Source: Trichoplax sp. H2 (lineage: Eukaryota). From it: a stretch of 53,133 nt of DNA. Below, one piece after another: positions 12,288 to 27,271 of this stretch. The DNA is taken from NCBI GenBank assembly GCA_003344405.1, contig NOWV01000217.1, positions 62,001-115,133 on the forward strand. The letters run 5' to 3'. The position numbers were made by a program, and so were the translations under genes. Position 1 is the stretch's first letter; each line of letters opens with the position of its first letter. The notes under the pieces were generated by a model, which saw only the letters and a program-made list of their open reading frames with translations, was not told the DNA's origin and did no database searches.

Positions 12288-15200
12288 ATGGCCGAAAAAG
12301 AAAGCCAAGGTAATGCCTTATTTAACTTTATTTAACTTTATTTTATAAGGAATGGGATGGAAAAAAAAACACAACGAGATACAATGGAATGTGGTGTATC
12401 TTGCAAGACTCGTCCATGTGATGCCATCCATAATATCATCTCATGTCATCATCATCTTAGCTCGTAGAGGAATATAGCTAAATTGGCCAGCACCATTATT
12501 TTCTTTCTATTCCTCATTCGTTTGAATTTATTAAATGGGATATGTATGTATTGGATGATCGATCTATACCTTTCTTCTTGATGATAGAATTACCTCCGAT
12601 TTATACTTCTGAAAAGGAAGGAAGTGATGAAAATGGCGATGGCAGCCAAGCCAAACCATTTCAGACATTATTGCAAGTAGGTTTCATTAGCGATAACAAA
12701 TAGGATCATCAACATAGAGTCTACTCTTGTACACAGACATTTTAATCCAGATTGTACAATGTATCGACTTGAAATGATGGATTTATTTTTATATATGCTT
12801 ATCTTAATCAATGTTAGGCCTATAGGAGTTATGGAAAAGAACCTTTTCCAGTCATTTATGTTGACAGTAAGGAAGAGGGCCAGGTAAGCGCAACATGTAT
12901 CTTTCTTAATAACCATCAACAAGTTACATTATCAATCAAGATGGTCAAAATGGAGTCATAGCAACATTGGACTATAATATCAAATAGTGCGATATTGAAT
13001 TCTTTAATTGGTTATGATGGTTTATCATCATAATAGCGGTGGGCATCGGTTTCCTTGAGTCAATCGAAAAAAGTCTTAAAAATCTGGTATCGAGAGTGTC
13101 GAAAAAGCCAGGAAATCGAAAAACGTGAGGTAATATATCAGCAAAAATATTGATATCAAAAATCATCTACAGATCTTATCTAGTCAGAAGTCAATTGCAC
13201 TTTCTTTCGTAGTCCTATAGAATGATTGGGATACAAACATTGCATGACAACGTTACTCGTTTCTCCGTAAAACTACTCTTCTTCAGGTAGTCAATTATAG
13301 TATACGAGTATTACAGTAATAATCACGTATTGAACAACAACATAGCATGGCTTACGCTATACTATCAAGAATATTTTTACGACTACTTTCCATATCAAAC
13401 AGCAATTTCGTTATAAATCTATCTTTCTATTGTCTACTCATAGGCAGAAGACGCTGCTCGACGTGAAAAAAATTTAGAAGAAGCCAAGAAAATTGTAATT
13501 GAAGCTGATGAATCTTTGCCTAAACCCATTCAGGTTGACCCTAATGATATCATATTGATAGACCTTCTCTATAAGATTTCAACTTTACTTGCATGCTATA
13601 AATGAACTGTAAATATTTCTACTTTATGATAAATCTAAACGTCGTGTATTTGTCAAAAAATGAATAGCTCAATAAACTCTTTTACTTACTCAACTATGAA
13701 TAGATCAAATTACGCGACGCAACTAGCCATAGGCAAAAGAGAGTTAAAATTTATGGCTGGGTCCATAGGCTTAGAAGACAAGGTATTGAAATACATATCT
13801 ACTTTTATCAATGAAAACACCCAACAATTCATAGCATACGCTCTATAATGTTGTTCAAGAAAATTGTAGTATTGACATTACATATATTTATTGATGTAGA
13901 TTAAGTACGAAGAGCTATAACTAATGCTATTGCATTTTATTCTATTTGATGATAGGAAAGAACTTAATATTTGTCTTATTAAGAGATGGAACAGGTTACA
14001 TTCAATGCGTTTTTAATGACAAACTGGTAAGATACTGGTTATCCTAGAACTAAATTTTTCTTTCAAACATAATACGAGTATTTATGCTTTTGTACTCATA
14101 GTTTCAAATCTTAATGTAATTATTTGGCAATAATATGAAAATGAAATGAACATTAATCAACTTTGAATGATAATCTAAATTATAGTGCCATACTTATGAT
14201 GCGCTTACCCTAACTACCGAGTACTCAATTGCTGTTTATGGTATAATTGAACCACTACCAGAGGGCAAGACGGTATGTAGTACGTCATTTGTTTTCAATC
14301 CTTTAAAAGTCATCTACGTAACGTGCAGTTATGATTTATACTTAATGTACTAATGTTGCTACGTTTAATGGGAAATCTACCAATAGGCACCTGGAGGTCA
14401 TGAGCTAATTGTCGATTTCTGGGAGGTTGTTGGTTCTGCGCCACCTGGTGGACATGACAGTCTAGTTAACGAAGTAATTCAATTCTGTTAATAGAAAATT
14501 ACAGTAGAAGCTGCCGAGACTACATTCCTACTAAATTGTCCTATTCTATTAGTATCGTATTAGATCAATTGGATTCAAATTTATCCTTTGCAGTGTATTT
14601 ATTTTTATAATTATATGAATAGGATTCTAATGTCGATGTCCAGCTAGATTACCGACATATGATGCTAAGAGGTGATACGGTTAGTACATTTTCAAAAGTG
14701 TTTGATACTAATAGCTTACGCATGAATTGTATTTGGCAGCTCTCTATATTTCATTTTTATTATTTGCTATTATTATGCTTGTGTAGCTATCCAAAATAAT
14801 GAAGATTAGATCTATAACTGAAAAAGCGTAAGAAAATATCAATATTTTATTGAAATTTTAAATTTTAAATATTTTTTTTAATTATTATAATAATAACTGA
14901 AATGCTCTATTTCGTAGCTTCAATGACCACTTTTATGACCGAGGGTATTTTAAGGTGCATTAATATCATACGTATATCTAGGAGGTACATTATCACCATT
15001 CTAAATTTTCTATTTATATCGCTAAATTGCGATATTGTTCATTGCAGCTTACACCACCAACATTGGTTCAAACGCAAGTCGAAGGGGGTGCAACTCTATT
15101 TAAATTAGACTATTTCGGTGAACAAGTGGGTATCGTTTCAGAATTTAATGAATATGGATTAAACATAGTTAAATTAATTTGGGGTAACTATTATTGGTGA

Positions 15201-16706
15201 AGTAAACCTTAACTTCCATTCATATAGGCCTTCCTAACACAATCATCTCAATTATATTTGGAAACCGTCCTACCATCAATGGGCGATGTTTATTGTATTG
15301 CCCAGTCGTATAGAGCAGAGCAATCTCGTACAAGAAGACATCTAGCTGAGTTAGTAGTGTGTCACAATCTGCGTAACTTGACCTGTGCCATAATTAACGT
15401 GGAACTATTGCATATATCCATTTGCAGATATACTCATATTGAAGCTGAATGCCCATTTGTAACGTTCGAAGACATGTTGGACAAGATCGAAGATTTGGTA
15501 AGGGATACGTACAATTAGTTGAATATTTTACTTGGATAAGCAGTGTTCATTTTTATTGCTAATATACTAATTTGCAGGTCGTTGATGTTGCTGAGAGAAT
15601 CATGCAGTCACCACTTCGTGAAATGTTGTTGGAAATGAACCCTGTAAATAAAATATTAAGGCGATTATAAAGTATTTGTCTCAATACTAATATATTTATC
15701 GCTTCTTTATTACTGTATCTACAAGGACTTCAAAGTTCCTCAAAAACCTTTCAGGTAAAGTTCTGATTTAAAGTAATTTCGTTAGTAGTTGATAGTCATA
15801 AAAAACTTTCTACTTAGGCGGATGGATTACGGTGAGGCGATTGTTTATTTAAAAGAACATAACATCACGAAAGACGATGGAACTTTCTATGAATATGGAG
15901 AAGTAAGATAGATTTAAAAAATATAGTATTGGCGTTGAATGTTAAAAGGCTTTTAAATAAATTGAATACTGATTTCATTCAAGGATATTCCCGAAGCTCC
16001 AGAACGAAAAATGACTGATCAAATCAATGAGGTTTGCAATCTTGTGATGGACAAATTTAGCAACTGAGAAACATTCTTAATGTAAAAAATTTGGGAATTT
16101 AGCCAATTATGCTTTGCCGATTTCCTGCGGAGATAAAATCCTTCTACATGCCACGATGTCCTGAAAATAGACGTGTTACGCAATCCGTATGTTCTTACTC
16201 TGATACCGTTGTATTGGACTATAATAACCAAATTTTTAATAGATATTGATTGTTAATGGTCTTAATTGTATGAAGGTGGACTTACTAATGCCAAATGTCG
16301 GTGAAATTGTTGGTGGATCTATGAGAACTCACGTCTTGGTATGGTTAGCGTATAAGCCACAGGCGATTTTGCATAGTGTCTGTCTGACTTTTATTGTATT
16401 ATCGTTACGATGTTTAGGAGGATTTAATGGAAGGGTATAAACGATCGGGAATTGATCCAACACCATATTACTGGTATCTTGACCAAGTAAGTCTAAAGGA
16501 GACTATCTATTTGCTAATATAGTTGATGCTTTACAATTGCCTCTTGTTTATCATACTGATTTTTATCATTTTAGCGAAAATACGGTACCTGTCCCCACGG
16601 TGGCTACGGCTTGGGAATGGAACGTTATTTAACTTGGCTTTTGAACAGGCCACACATTAGAGATGTTACGTTTTACCCTCGCTTTATTGAGCGCTGCAAG
16701 CCATAA
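12288..16706 (+). CDS. NARS1: Cytosolic asparaginyl-tRNA synthetase, ~23 exons
   Basis: Spliced translation gives the eukaryotic N-terminal extension ([23 protein letters not shown]) and the OB fold ([28 protein letters not shown]). It also gives [29 protein letters not shown], motif 2 [23 protein letters not shown] and motif 3 [11 protein letters not shown], ending [10 protein letters not shown] (TAA 16704-16706). Confidence 0.97.
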
Positions 16707-18370
16707 TCATTGATTTTAGCTTATGATACTGGCAATGGTCTTTTTGCCGATTTTAGCATTTTCGTAAAAGCGTGTAGTTATAAAATATAGACTTTAGGTT
16801 ATATGAATAATAGCATTTCTTTGCTTTTGGTATTGCGTTAATCCACTAATTATGATAAGAGTTAACTATTATCAGGTTATTTTCAGAGACCTCTGACGCT
16901 AAAGTGATATAAGTGATTCCGTTTCCTTTATAGCGATCTGATTACTTTTAATGCAGCCGTAAATAAATCTGTTGTGACACCTGTTGCTAGTTTTCTACTT
17001 GCGTAATCTTCAAAACATTACTTAATTGTGTTATTATAGGTATTTACGAGTATTCACACAAATAATATATGTATACATATATATATATATATGCATGTCC
17101 ATTATGTTATTACTAATCCTTATAATTAATTAATTAAATAAATAAAAATAAACTATTTTTAACTTTATTAAGTTGATATTAATGATATTTCATCTTATAC
17201 ACGTATAATAGTAGACATTTTGTAAAACTTTTTTCTCAAAATATTTGACACTCTTTTGTATTTATCTTTTTGGAACAACTTTATGATTTATGCAATGGTA
17301 TGAAAATTCTTATGATAAGAGTAGGTTGAGTCATGGAATTGATGTTGCCATTGAATGTGAAATTAGCAGTGCTAAATATCGTCGTATACACTTACGGCAT
17401 TGTTTTCCGTGATATGCGCTCGTATGGTCATATACCGTTGACTTAGTAGTAGTATAATGTGAAGCAGGATTTATGTATCCGAAATGTTTGGACCTCTTCC
17501 AATATTTCTACATTTAACAATTTTTCAAGAATATCCTTACAAATATTACGTTACAAACGAAGCACCGATTTTCAGATATAGCTTTGCTCATTAAATTAAA
17601 AATCGTCAACTGATATACCGTACACAGATTTGTATAAACTGTGAAATAATTAGCAAGTATGAAAGCGTCAGGATATCCAAATTGCTTTAGTTGATGTCGA
17701 GTTAAAATAGAACATGTAAGCTTGAAGGAAAGAAGATACTGTAGATATTGTACGGTATAAATAATGTTACATGGATGATCCATTATACAAACAACACGCA
17801 TTTCTAAATGTTACACTATCTTATTTGTTAATTGAAATGCCGAAGCCATTTTAATCACTTCTAATTACGAATAGCAGTAATGTTTTCAGCTGATTACTTA
17901 AGCGATATACTTAAAAAGTATATTAATTATAACAATAATAATGTACTGTAAAGTAGTATCGGAATATGATGTAGAGTAGCCAGTTATGCTCAATAAAGTA
18001 ATTGTAGGTTATAAGTTAAACTCATTCATTACGTGGATAATACACATGATAGACTAATTGATGATTTCAAATAGCAAATGAATAATGTTGTCTATAAAAT
18101 AATTGTTTAAACGACTACTAAGGCAATAAAACAATTTTGTTAAAGCCAGTTGTCCGCGACAATAACTAATATTAAATTCCTGGAATATTATTTCTGTACC
18201 AATCTTTTAATATTCAATTCGCTATACATTGCTACTACTTCTGCTTAAATCAATGCCTATCGGATGGATAGCGTCTCCATAAAACTATCCACTATGCTAT
18301 TGAAATTATGAGATGATTTCTTCATAATTGATTGATTGAAAAATGCTGCTTTTATCAGATTTAAGAGAAA

Positions 18371-18486
18371 TTACGCCATATCGAAATAATAATCTGGTCA
18401 TGCATTATATAGTGAAATCTCTAGGGGAAGTTACGCCATTTCGAAATAATAGTCTGGTCATTCATTATATAGTGAAATCTCTAGGG
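18371..18486. repeat. Two-copy 60-bp tandem duplication
   Basis: ttacgccat(a/t)tcgaaataata(a/g)tctggtcat(g/t)cattatatagtgaaatctctaggg at 18371 and 18431. Confidence 0.9.
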
Positions 18487-20828
18487 TATATTAAATGTTT
18501 TACAGGGTTATTATTCATGAATTATTGATAAGACATACACATGGGTAGAATGATGTTGAAATTGTTATTGACGCAATCCATCATTCCATTTATTCATCGG
18601 TTTTGTTATATCCATATTCAATAGAATAGGTGGTGTTGGCGCCTATGACATATACTTTGATATTCCCCACTCATGATGGGGCTAGTTTACATGATGATCT
18701 TCATAACTTGTAGATATTCATTTCATCAATTTTCATTTCGGTTTATTCCTTAACTTCATTACGGAAAAGTTTATGCAGTTGCTACATGATTTTATAGCAA
18801 GTATGATATAGATGGAAATTTTATATATTTCTTTCAATTTCTTAACCAATGACTGATGATTGTCTTCTATTATTATTCCTAGCCTTTATTATTATTATAT
18901 TATTTCATTAGATTCCTTCATTGTAATACCACTGTTCGTAAAATTGCTATTTTATTTAATAGACTATTTCTTTAATTTATTTCTTTACTTTAACAATGTT
19001 CTGATGTATTTACTTTGTTATTTTATCTTATATATCAATATATACCATACCTATTTAAGCCTATTACTTTTACAAAATTTTTAGTTTGGACTATAAATTG
19101 ATGATCACCTTATGGTATTTGTAGCCTAGATTATTTTAAAGCTATCTTGGACTCTACAGTTCTTAAACTACTTTTCACGAAATTGTTGATTTATTACCAT
19201 AAGCTATCGTTTTATTTCATTCTTTTCTATTAACAATCATGACTTACTTGCGTTTCAACTTTATCATATAATTGTCAGACAAACCCAACTATGCCAGCAG
19301 CTTTTATAAAATTTTTTAATTTTTTGTTCTCGATGTAAACCTCCTACTGTGGTGTTTCCTGCCTTTGTTCCTACTGTAATAGTTTATTGGAGTTATACTG
19401 ATTCTACTATAGATTGATACTGTTATTCTATTTTATCCTTTGTCTTTATTACTTCAATATTTTATTGACTTTATATCATGCTGTTGTACTTAAGACTATA
19501 TGGTGTAGTAAAATAAATCAAAAAGATTATCTTTACTACGCTCTATCTCATTTCTTGCCTTAACTAGAACTACACCTTCAATCGAACGCTAACTAGATTG
19601 ATGATTCACTTAAATATATTTGTCCTACTTTTATATTAATGAATGTGCTACTATACAAATAAATTACTTTAACCTCGTTATTTTAATGGAACGCATCAGT
19701 TTCTGAGACTAAGACTTTTTTGGAAAGTTGACACCATAAAAATAGATATCCTCACTATTTGCATCAATGTCAAAGTCCGATCCAAAATTAAGATAGATCC
19801 TGAATAAAAGTGGAGAAAAATTATAAAAGTTTTTAATCAAAAGCTTCTGCTGGGAAGGAATTTTAATCAATCAACGATTTGATTTTCTTAAGGTACAGTC
19901 AATTGCTCAAAGGATATCGTACTTATATTAATTAAAAACTTATGTTATATATGTAGTAGTAGAAGATATATAATTTCTTAGTAAAGAACTTTATGGTTTA
20001 CGTCGATATCTTTCTTTACAGACATTAAAGCGTATAGATTAAAATGTGATACTATAATATACAAGCTGAGCTGAGTAACAGAATACTATACAGCTAATTC
20101 CGATATATTACTGCTTGATTTTTATATTATACAAACTGAATTTGGTAAGGAAGTAGAGCTAATTTGATAACTGACTAAATGAGCTTTACTACTAAATTAC
20201 AATATGATAATATATAGGCTGCATTAAATGTAACAGTTAGCGATTTATGTTCTAGTATGATAAGAACTAATTTACGTCGCTAGAAGATATTTTAATTCGC
20301 ATCAATCGGACATTCATAATCAGAATGATTGACTTTTAAGTTTAAATTCGATAGAAATTCTATGGAAATATTGAATCTGAGAAGTACTCCTACGGTACGA
20401 AAGTAGCATTCACGTATATTCAATAGCAAAATATCGCAATTGGTTCAATCTATTTTACTTAATCTATCTTGGATTATAGTATTTATTTTATACAATTATC
20501 TTCAGGAAGATTTATGAATTAAAACTTAGCTTATTACTCCAATTATGATCTTCCATAGTGAAGTAACAAATTCATAATGACTAAGATGTGGTATAGCATA
20601 AATTAAATATCTATAAAGCATTAGCACTATACTTAATGGGGCATACGAGCCATAATTCATCCCGCCTATTGAAACGATTGACTTTTTCCGCTTTTCTTTA
20701 CTATTCTTCTCGATACTCTTTGGGAAATATTCTACTGATTGTAAGCTATTTTTAATTTTTAACTCTCGATAATTACTTTTAAATTAGTTACTTCGTTGGC
20801 TTGAAAAAGAACTTAATGCGGTATTGTG

Positions 20829-23800
20829 ATGACTCCTTTACTGACTCTATTAACATCGACCTTATTTCTGGTGGCCTTATTACCTCAAGTATCCTTATTG
20901 AAAGTAGCAATAATACCGTTCATTGGTGGTAGCCATACACATACTATGGATACTATTACCCATCAATTAATCAAAAGAGGACATCAGGTAAAGACACTAA
21001 TGATTATTACTAAATTGCAGTTAAATAGTTGAAATGATCATCAACTGCAATTGAAGAATTAAAATAATTCAACAAGTTTGCTGAATTGACAACAAAACTC
21101 TTAAGAAATCTATATGTAGTATAGATGTAAAGCTATTTTAAATAGAAAAACGTTATGACATATCCATTTAAGGTAGTTCATCTTATTATCTAATATATTT
21201 CGTAAAAAGCGTCCAACTATTCTATCTAATCTAAAAGCAATCCAGCTCTCACAGAATAATAGTCAAAATTTTGAAAGATTTTTAAAATGGTAAGGGTTGA
21301 GTAATTAACTATTAACAAGAATATAAAACGTCCTAAACCTGAAGGAATCATGAACTTATATTTATAGTTCTTAAATATATTTAGATCAACTTAGTTACAG
21401 TAACATGGTTGTTATAATTAAACTTGAATTTATTCGATCATACAGTGATAAGAGTTCAATAAACTGTAAATAATTTTAAAAACTGGAATAATTCAAGATG
21501 TTTTGATTAAATAAGCGACAACAAAATTTTTCAAGTTCATACGGTATTGGTATAAGATTTTCTTTACATGTAATAAAGCTACAACATATTGATTCAGGAT
21601 AGTCCATGCTATTATGGCGTCTATCGCAAAATTTGCTACAGTGCAAATATTATTTCACTACCTGTGGAGTAAAAATTATCCTGTCGATTTAATTTTAAAT
21701 TGTCTCTACAGATGGATTAAACAAATGACTTGAGAAAAAGAAAGCGCAAGGATATGGAATGAATTAAACATATTCTTAATATTTCCTTATTTCATTCATC
21801 TTGTAAACGACTACAATATAATCCTCGTAGAGTGAGAAAGTTTTCTAAACCAAGATCTAAGGATTAGTTAGAATCGTCAATAAATAATATAACTGAATAG
21901 ATGCAATAGCTTTGCTACGCCTATACTTTATATCCAATCTTAATATAACCATTGTATCAAATAGCAGGACAGTTAATCGATGATATTGTCTACCGTAACC
22001 GACTGATAGTCTATAATTCCCAAAATATTTGTATAAGTTTCTAGACTATAACTAGTTTGTTTTACTTTATAGCTACGTAGACTTTAATCGTATTTCCAAC
22101 ATATTATAGAATAGTTTTGTTTTAAATGAATGATAATAATCCGCATCTATGAGAATGCTTTTATTTAAAGAAAAGTATGATTTCAATTATTTTAATTTTA
22201 TCCACAGAAACCATCAATTTTTTCTATTTATTTCATAGATAGATGTACCTTAAATGAATGATAGTCTATAATCCAAAATTATATGTCTATGTTAGTAAAT
22301 AGCTCTAAGTTAACTATCAACTTTATAGTTTTGATTTTAGCGAATGTACAAAAGTCATAACTACCCGGATATTTCAACATTTCATAGATGATTTACTTTA
22401 AATGGATAATTACGATAGCCTATCATCCAAAATTATGTGCATATGTTGCTATTCGATGCTTTGCTTATTTCCAATAATTTTAAAATAAAATTTTTACTAT
22501 GTAGACTGTAACTGTGTTTCCAAATGATCCAGCACAGTTGAGAAAATTAAAACCTTCTCCATGGTTACTCTACCAAGTTAATAATTTAACAAACGCGCAA
22601 GAAACACATAAAATGTTTACTAATGGAGGGACTCAAGATTTTATCAGTACTTTATATGAAGTACAAAGTCGATATTGTGATGCAACTGTTTCCAATAAAA
22701 CTTTATTACGATTGTTGCATCATGTTGATATTATCATTACCGATAGCGCCTACGTTTGTGGAGTTCTTTTACCGGAAGTAGTCCTTAAACCATATATATT
22801 AATGTCGTTCCATGCAAGTTTTTTCGGTCCTCATTCGACACTATCTATCTATGAGCCAATTAGTTATATTCCAAGCCTAGGATATCCAATATATTACCTA
22901 CCCATGACCTTTATCAAACGAGCATCGAATCTAATCTGGGGAAGTGTTTTTGGATACATGATGGATAGTGTGTCCTCTCGAGCAATCAACGCATTAAGAT
23001 GGAAACATAATATTAGCACTCATTTGGCCTTATCTGAATTACGATGGAAATTCTCCATGATTTTATCCACTACTGATTTTGTTCTTGAGTATCCACGACC
23101 CTTACCACCTTATATGCAAGCAGTTGGCCCAATTTCTGTACGCTCTCCTGATCCTTTGCCAGTAACATGGGACGAATTTTTCAATGATAGTAAGTATCGA
23201 GGTGTTATTTTAGTATCGTTTGGTACTGAGCTAGAATTAATGGAAAAAGATGTACCTAAAATGCTCCAAGCTTTAAGTCAGGTACCCTATCGGATAATTT
23301 GGAGAACTTTACATAATATTACTAGAATACCCGATAATATTAAAACCGTCGATTGGATACCGCAAAATGATATCCTAGGCCATAATAGGACTGTAGCTTT
23401 TATTACCCATTGCGGCTGTCATGGTCTCTATGAAAGCGCTTATCATGCAGTTCCAATGATAGGTATGCCATCAATGGCCGAACAGAAAAGTAATGCAGCT
23501 CGAATTATCCGTGCTGGTATAGGAGTAGTAGTTGATTATTTTAATTTCCAAGCTAGCGATTTGGTGCATGCTATAGAGGAAGTGACTACTAAGAGAAAGT
23601 AAGTGATTCTTTTCCTCTTAATTTAGCTATTTGGCGATGAAATCGACTGTACTCTAGATAAGATGTATATTGTTTCTCTCTAACTAAATCGATTTTTATT
23701 AATATTAATTATTAGATATTCCACGAACATAAAAAGGGTTTCCTGGATACTGAGAAGCAAGCCTCGATCGTCTACTGATATTGTTGTAGATTGGGTCGAA

Positions 23801-23989
23801 TATGTTATGAGAACTAACGGTGCTCATCATCTCAAAGTAGATGGTGAAAAACTCTACTTCTACGAGTATTACAATTTAGATATCTTAGTTGTGGGTATAA
23901 TTAGCAGTTATTTGGTTTATCTAACATGCATTAGAATCATGGGCAAGTTGTATAACAGTAATTTAATAGATAAATCTAAAATGGATTAA
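20829..23989 (+). CDS. UDP-glycosyltransferase (UGT, GT1), ER membrane type; exons 20829-20987, 22505-23598, 23716-23989
   Basis: Signal peptide, catalytic-His motif GGSH, UGT signature WIPQNDILGH..TVAFITHCGCHGLYESAYHAVPMIGMPSMAEQ, WVEYVMRTNGAHHL, a C-terminal TM helix and a KSKMD di-lysine ER-retrieval end. Splice phases are consistent. Confidence 0.95.
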
Positions 23990-26900
23990 AGATCAAAGCA
24001 GATTTAAAATTTTCTTCTAATTCATTGTAATGCGGTTAATTTAAAAATTCTCCTTCAGGTTTTATATTATAATTAAAAGATAACTTATTTGGTTTGATTA
24101 CAGTAGGCTTTACTTATTATCTTATTATATTGTGAATCCAACTACTTTATTCGACATAGAATTTAACAATATGCAGTCGCAAATTGTGTTAAAAATTATA
24201 CAATACTAGACTGTAACTTAAGTGATGCATTCTGTTAGTATAATATTTATACTTTGATTAATATAAAAACTTATATTTAATTTTGATCATAAATGCGGCA
24301 TAAGTCATGTTATGTTACTTTGATAGAATATAGAGTGAATCCAAACGTTTTGATTTGGGTTCTAATTTAAAATTGTTGGTCTGTCGTAGTGTTTTTTAAT
24401 ACTTACGTGCTATATATCGTAGAAAGATACAACTTGTAGTTGAATTACGATTATTATTAATTAGTAATATTCGGGAATCTAGGATATAATTCATCTTATC
24501 ATATTGGTTTAATTATTATTTTCATTTAAAGTAGTTTAGAGTGACAATTTGGTAATCGCTACTACTACCTGCTCTGTGTAGACTATAAAACGTGGTGTAG
24601 TGTAGTAGTTTAGTAGTTCAAGTCACTATGAAGTTAGAAGACTAGGATTAAGCTGTTCCCAAATTCGTGACTAATCAAGTAGATAGTGTATAATTACTTC
24701 ATTCTTAAATCATTTTTTGCCTGTATTTCATGAAAATGATATAATTTCTATTAAAAAAATATATGAAATCTATTCGTAGCATTTATAATATTAATATCAT
24801 GGCAAAATTATTTAATAATTAATTTTCAACTTGATCAGAAAAGAAAACGAAAATGAGGTAGACATGCAATATCGATAATTTAGGAATATCAATTTAAAGC
24901 TTAGGGAGGGCTTGTTGAACTCTCTTCAACTATACAAATATTGTAGGGTATAAAATCAGCTTAAGACTTTGATGTCATTATATAATTTCATATTTTCTTA
25001 GTCTTTACTGTCAGAAATAAATTGATTATCGTAGGTATTACGTTCATAGCTTGTTACTGAGTTCAAAATAGTAGCAGGGCAAGGATAAATGCACTAAATT
25101 ATATATCTTTTATGCTCTCAACTAGCAAAAATTGATTGATTGATCTAGTCTTACAAATTAATCTGCTATTGCGATTGAAATAGATGAGCTTCTTGTAAGG
25201 CGATTTGTTTTTATTAATTAACAGTGAAAATTTTAATTCTGGTATTAGCTCTGTTAAATATAGTCTGGTTAATATATTGCTTATTAAACTGCATGTAGGA
25301 TAAGAGCTACTGTATTTGTAAAATGATATCAAATTAATGATTATTATTATACCGTAAAATATCAATTTCAATACTTTCCATGCCATTAAATTGTATCAAT
25401 TAACCGACCATTTTTTGCTAGATATTATGAACTTTGTTGTCTATGGTTGAGTAAATATGCTGTTGATTATAGGATACATACAGTAAATGGCAATAGTAGC
25501 TTAGTTCTAATTGCTAAGTAATATGCAGTACAATTCTCCAGCTGTTTAACAATTGTACAAGCTTCGCATTTCGTCGTCTCGCTCAATATTATTTACAATC
25601 ACGTTTTGATCTTAACATTTAGTTGTCAGTGCATACCGTATAAATTGTATACTATATTTAAAACGAAAAAGCAGCAGTTTATGTAAACTCATCCTCAGTA
25701 AAAATTGAAGGGTCTCAGATGATTGATAATCTCTATAATTATGGTTAATGATATATAATTAATTATTGACATTGTCACTGGTGTTCTTTTATGTGCTAGT
25801 TAGAGATATAGTAGAAAGATGGTTATATCCATTTATAATACATAGCTATAGCTAGGAACGATTTTTAATGTTGTATTTGAAAATTTTTGATATTTTTGGA
25901 TATCGTATAATATCAACTACATAATATGACTTAAATTCTGTAATAACAGACTGTAAGTAAGTTAGCTACCATGATTGCTATGCTTTAATCCTTGTTCCAT
26001 ACTTTAATCTTCCTGCATAATCTTCCTGAAGTGCCTGAAAATTATATCAAACGCCAAGAAGTATTTAGCGATATTTGTGGAGCGTTGAAAAAGCCTGGAT
26101 AAGAGCGAAAAAGTATACAGTTTATGAATGAAAGGTACATCAGAGAAAAAAATAGCACTAGCTATTTTACTGACAACGTATCGATGTATTTCCACTGACT
26201 ATTGTGAATTGTATATTTTTTCATTTTACTTTGATGATATATCAAGCTAGCATTATTGGAGTGGGTGACAATTAGGTTGTTAAATAAATATTAGAGAGAG
26301 AATTATCCAGTAACTAGATTTAAGAGACAATTATAAATTGGGCTGAATAATTTATAGTTAATAAAATTTTTCATATCTTTCTGTATAGTTAGTTTTCTCT
26401 CTATTTCTATATACGTATTTCTAAATAGTATTTACAAAGTTATAGTTTATATATGATTTGCTAGCATCTATTAACGGGCCATTTCGATTGAAATAGATGA
26501 GCTATTTACAATGGGATGTAATTGTATAAATTAGCCGGCAATTACGATTAAAATGGATGGGCTTATTGCAATTAGATTTAGCCATATGAATCGACACGCT
26601 ATTGCAATTGAAATGGATAGACTAGCAAGGTATTTTTATTTGTATCAATTTACCTTTGGCCTAAGTAAAAATATTCCTAATCAAAGCTACAATATTTACT
26701 TGAACTATTTAGCACGGATGCAAGCTTAATACAATCTTGAGATTCCAGTTATTACAATCTCGTACATACAGTATCAGTCTTACACTTTTGCATATCATTT
26801 AATGATTTCCTACAGTCTGCTAAGCTATTTTGGGGGGCTGCACTACATAGTTGAAGATTTTGAGGCCCTTCTAGTCCTATAGAAGCGGCAAGCATCCATT

Positions 26901-27271
26901 TTGGTGGAGCGATCAGGCCGACATTGGATCTAGTATACCGTATGTAACAGTCGTTGGCGATATATAGTACGGTATAGAGTACGATCAAATCCATCGCGGC
27001 AGTAGGGCACATCTGTAGCAGAGTGTATCAGAGGACGTCTGTCTGTCTGCTCTCATGGACAGCCGGACAGAAGCTGATAGCCCACACCAAATCATCCACC
27101 ACTGGACCTGCGCAGTTCATATCCTCATCCAAGCTCAGAAAGTCTGGGCCACAGCATCTGATGCAATCCGCTCCAGCCAGACATTAATTAAAATTAATAT
27201 TATTATTAGTAGTCAGAGCAAGAGCTATTCTTGAAAGTCTCCTGATCTATTTGAAAGATAGAATCTTGGAT

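Noticed and set aside
17514..19084. Short ORFs in the NARS1-UGT intergenic region
   Set aside because: Low-complexity I/L/F/Y-rich translations typical of AT-rich non-coding DNA; no motifs or splice chain.
22000..22450. Degenerate repeats in UGT intron 1 as alternative first exons
   Set aside because: No open UGT-like frames; simple local duplication.
25099..26195. Minus-strand ORFs between the UGT and LONP1
   Set aside because: No recognisable domain and AT-biased composition.
27030..27260. U3 or box C/D snoRNA on the minus strand upstream of LONP1
   Set aside because: Only loose box-like words; the ordered U3 boxes could not be found.
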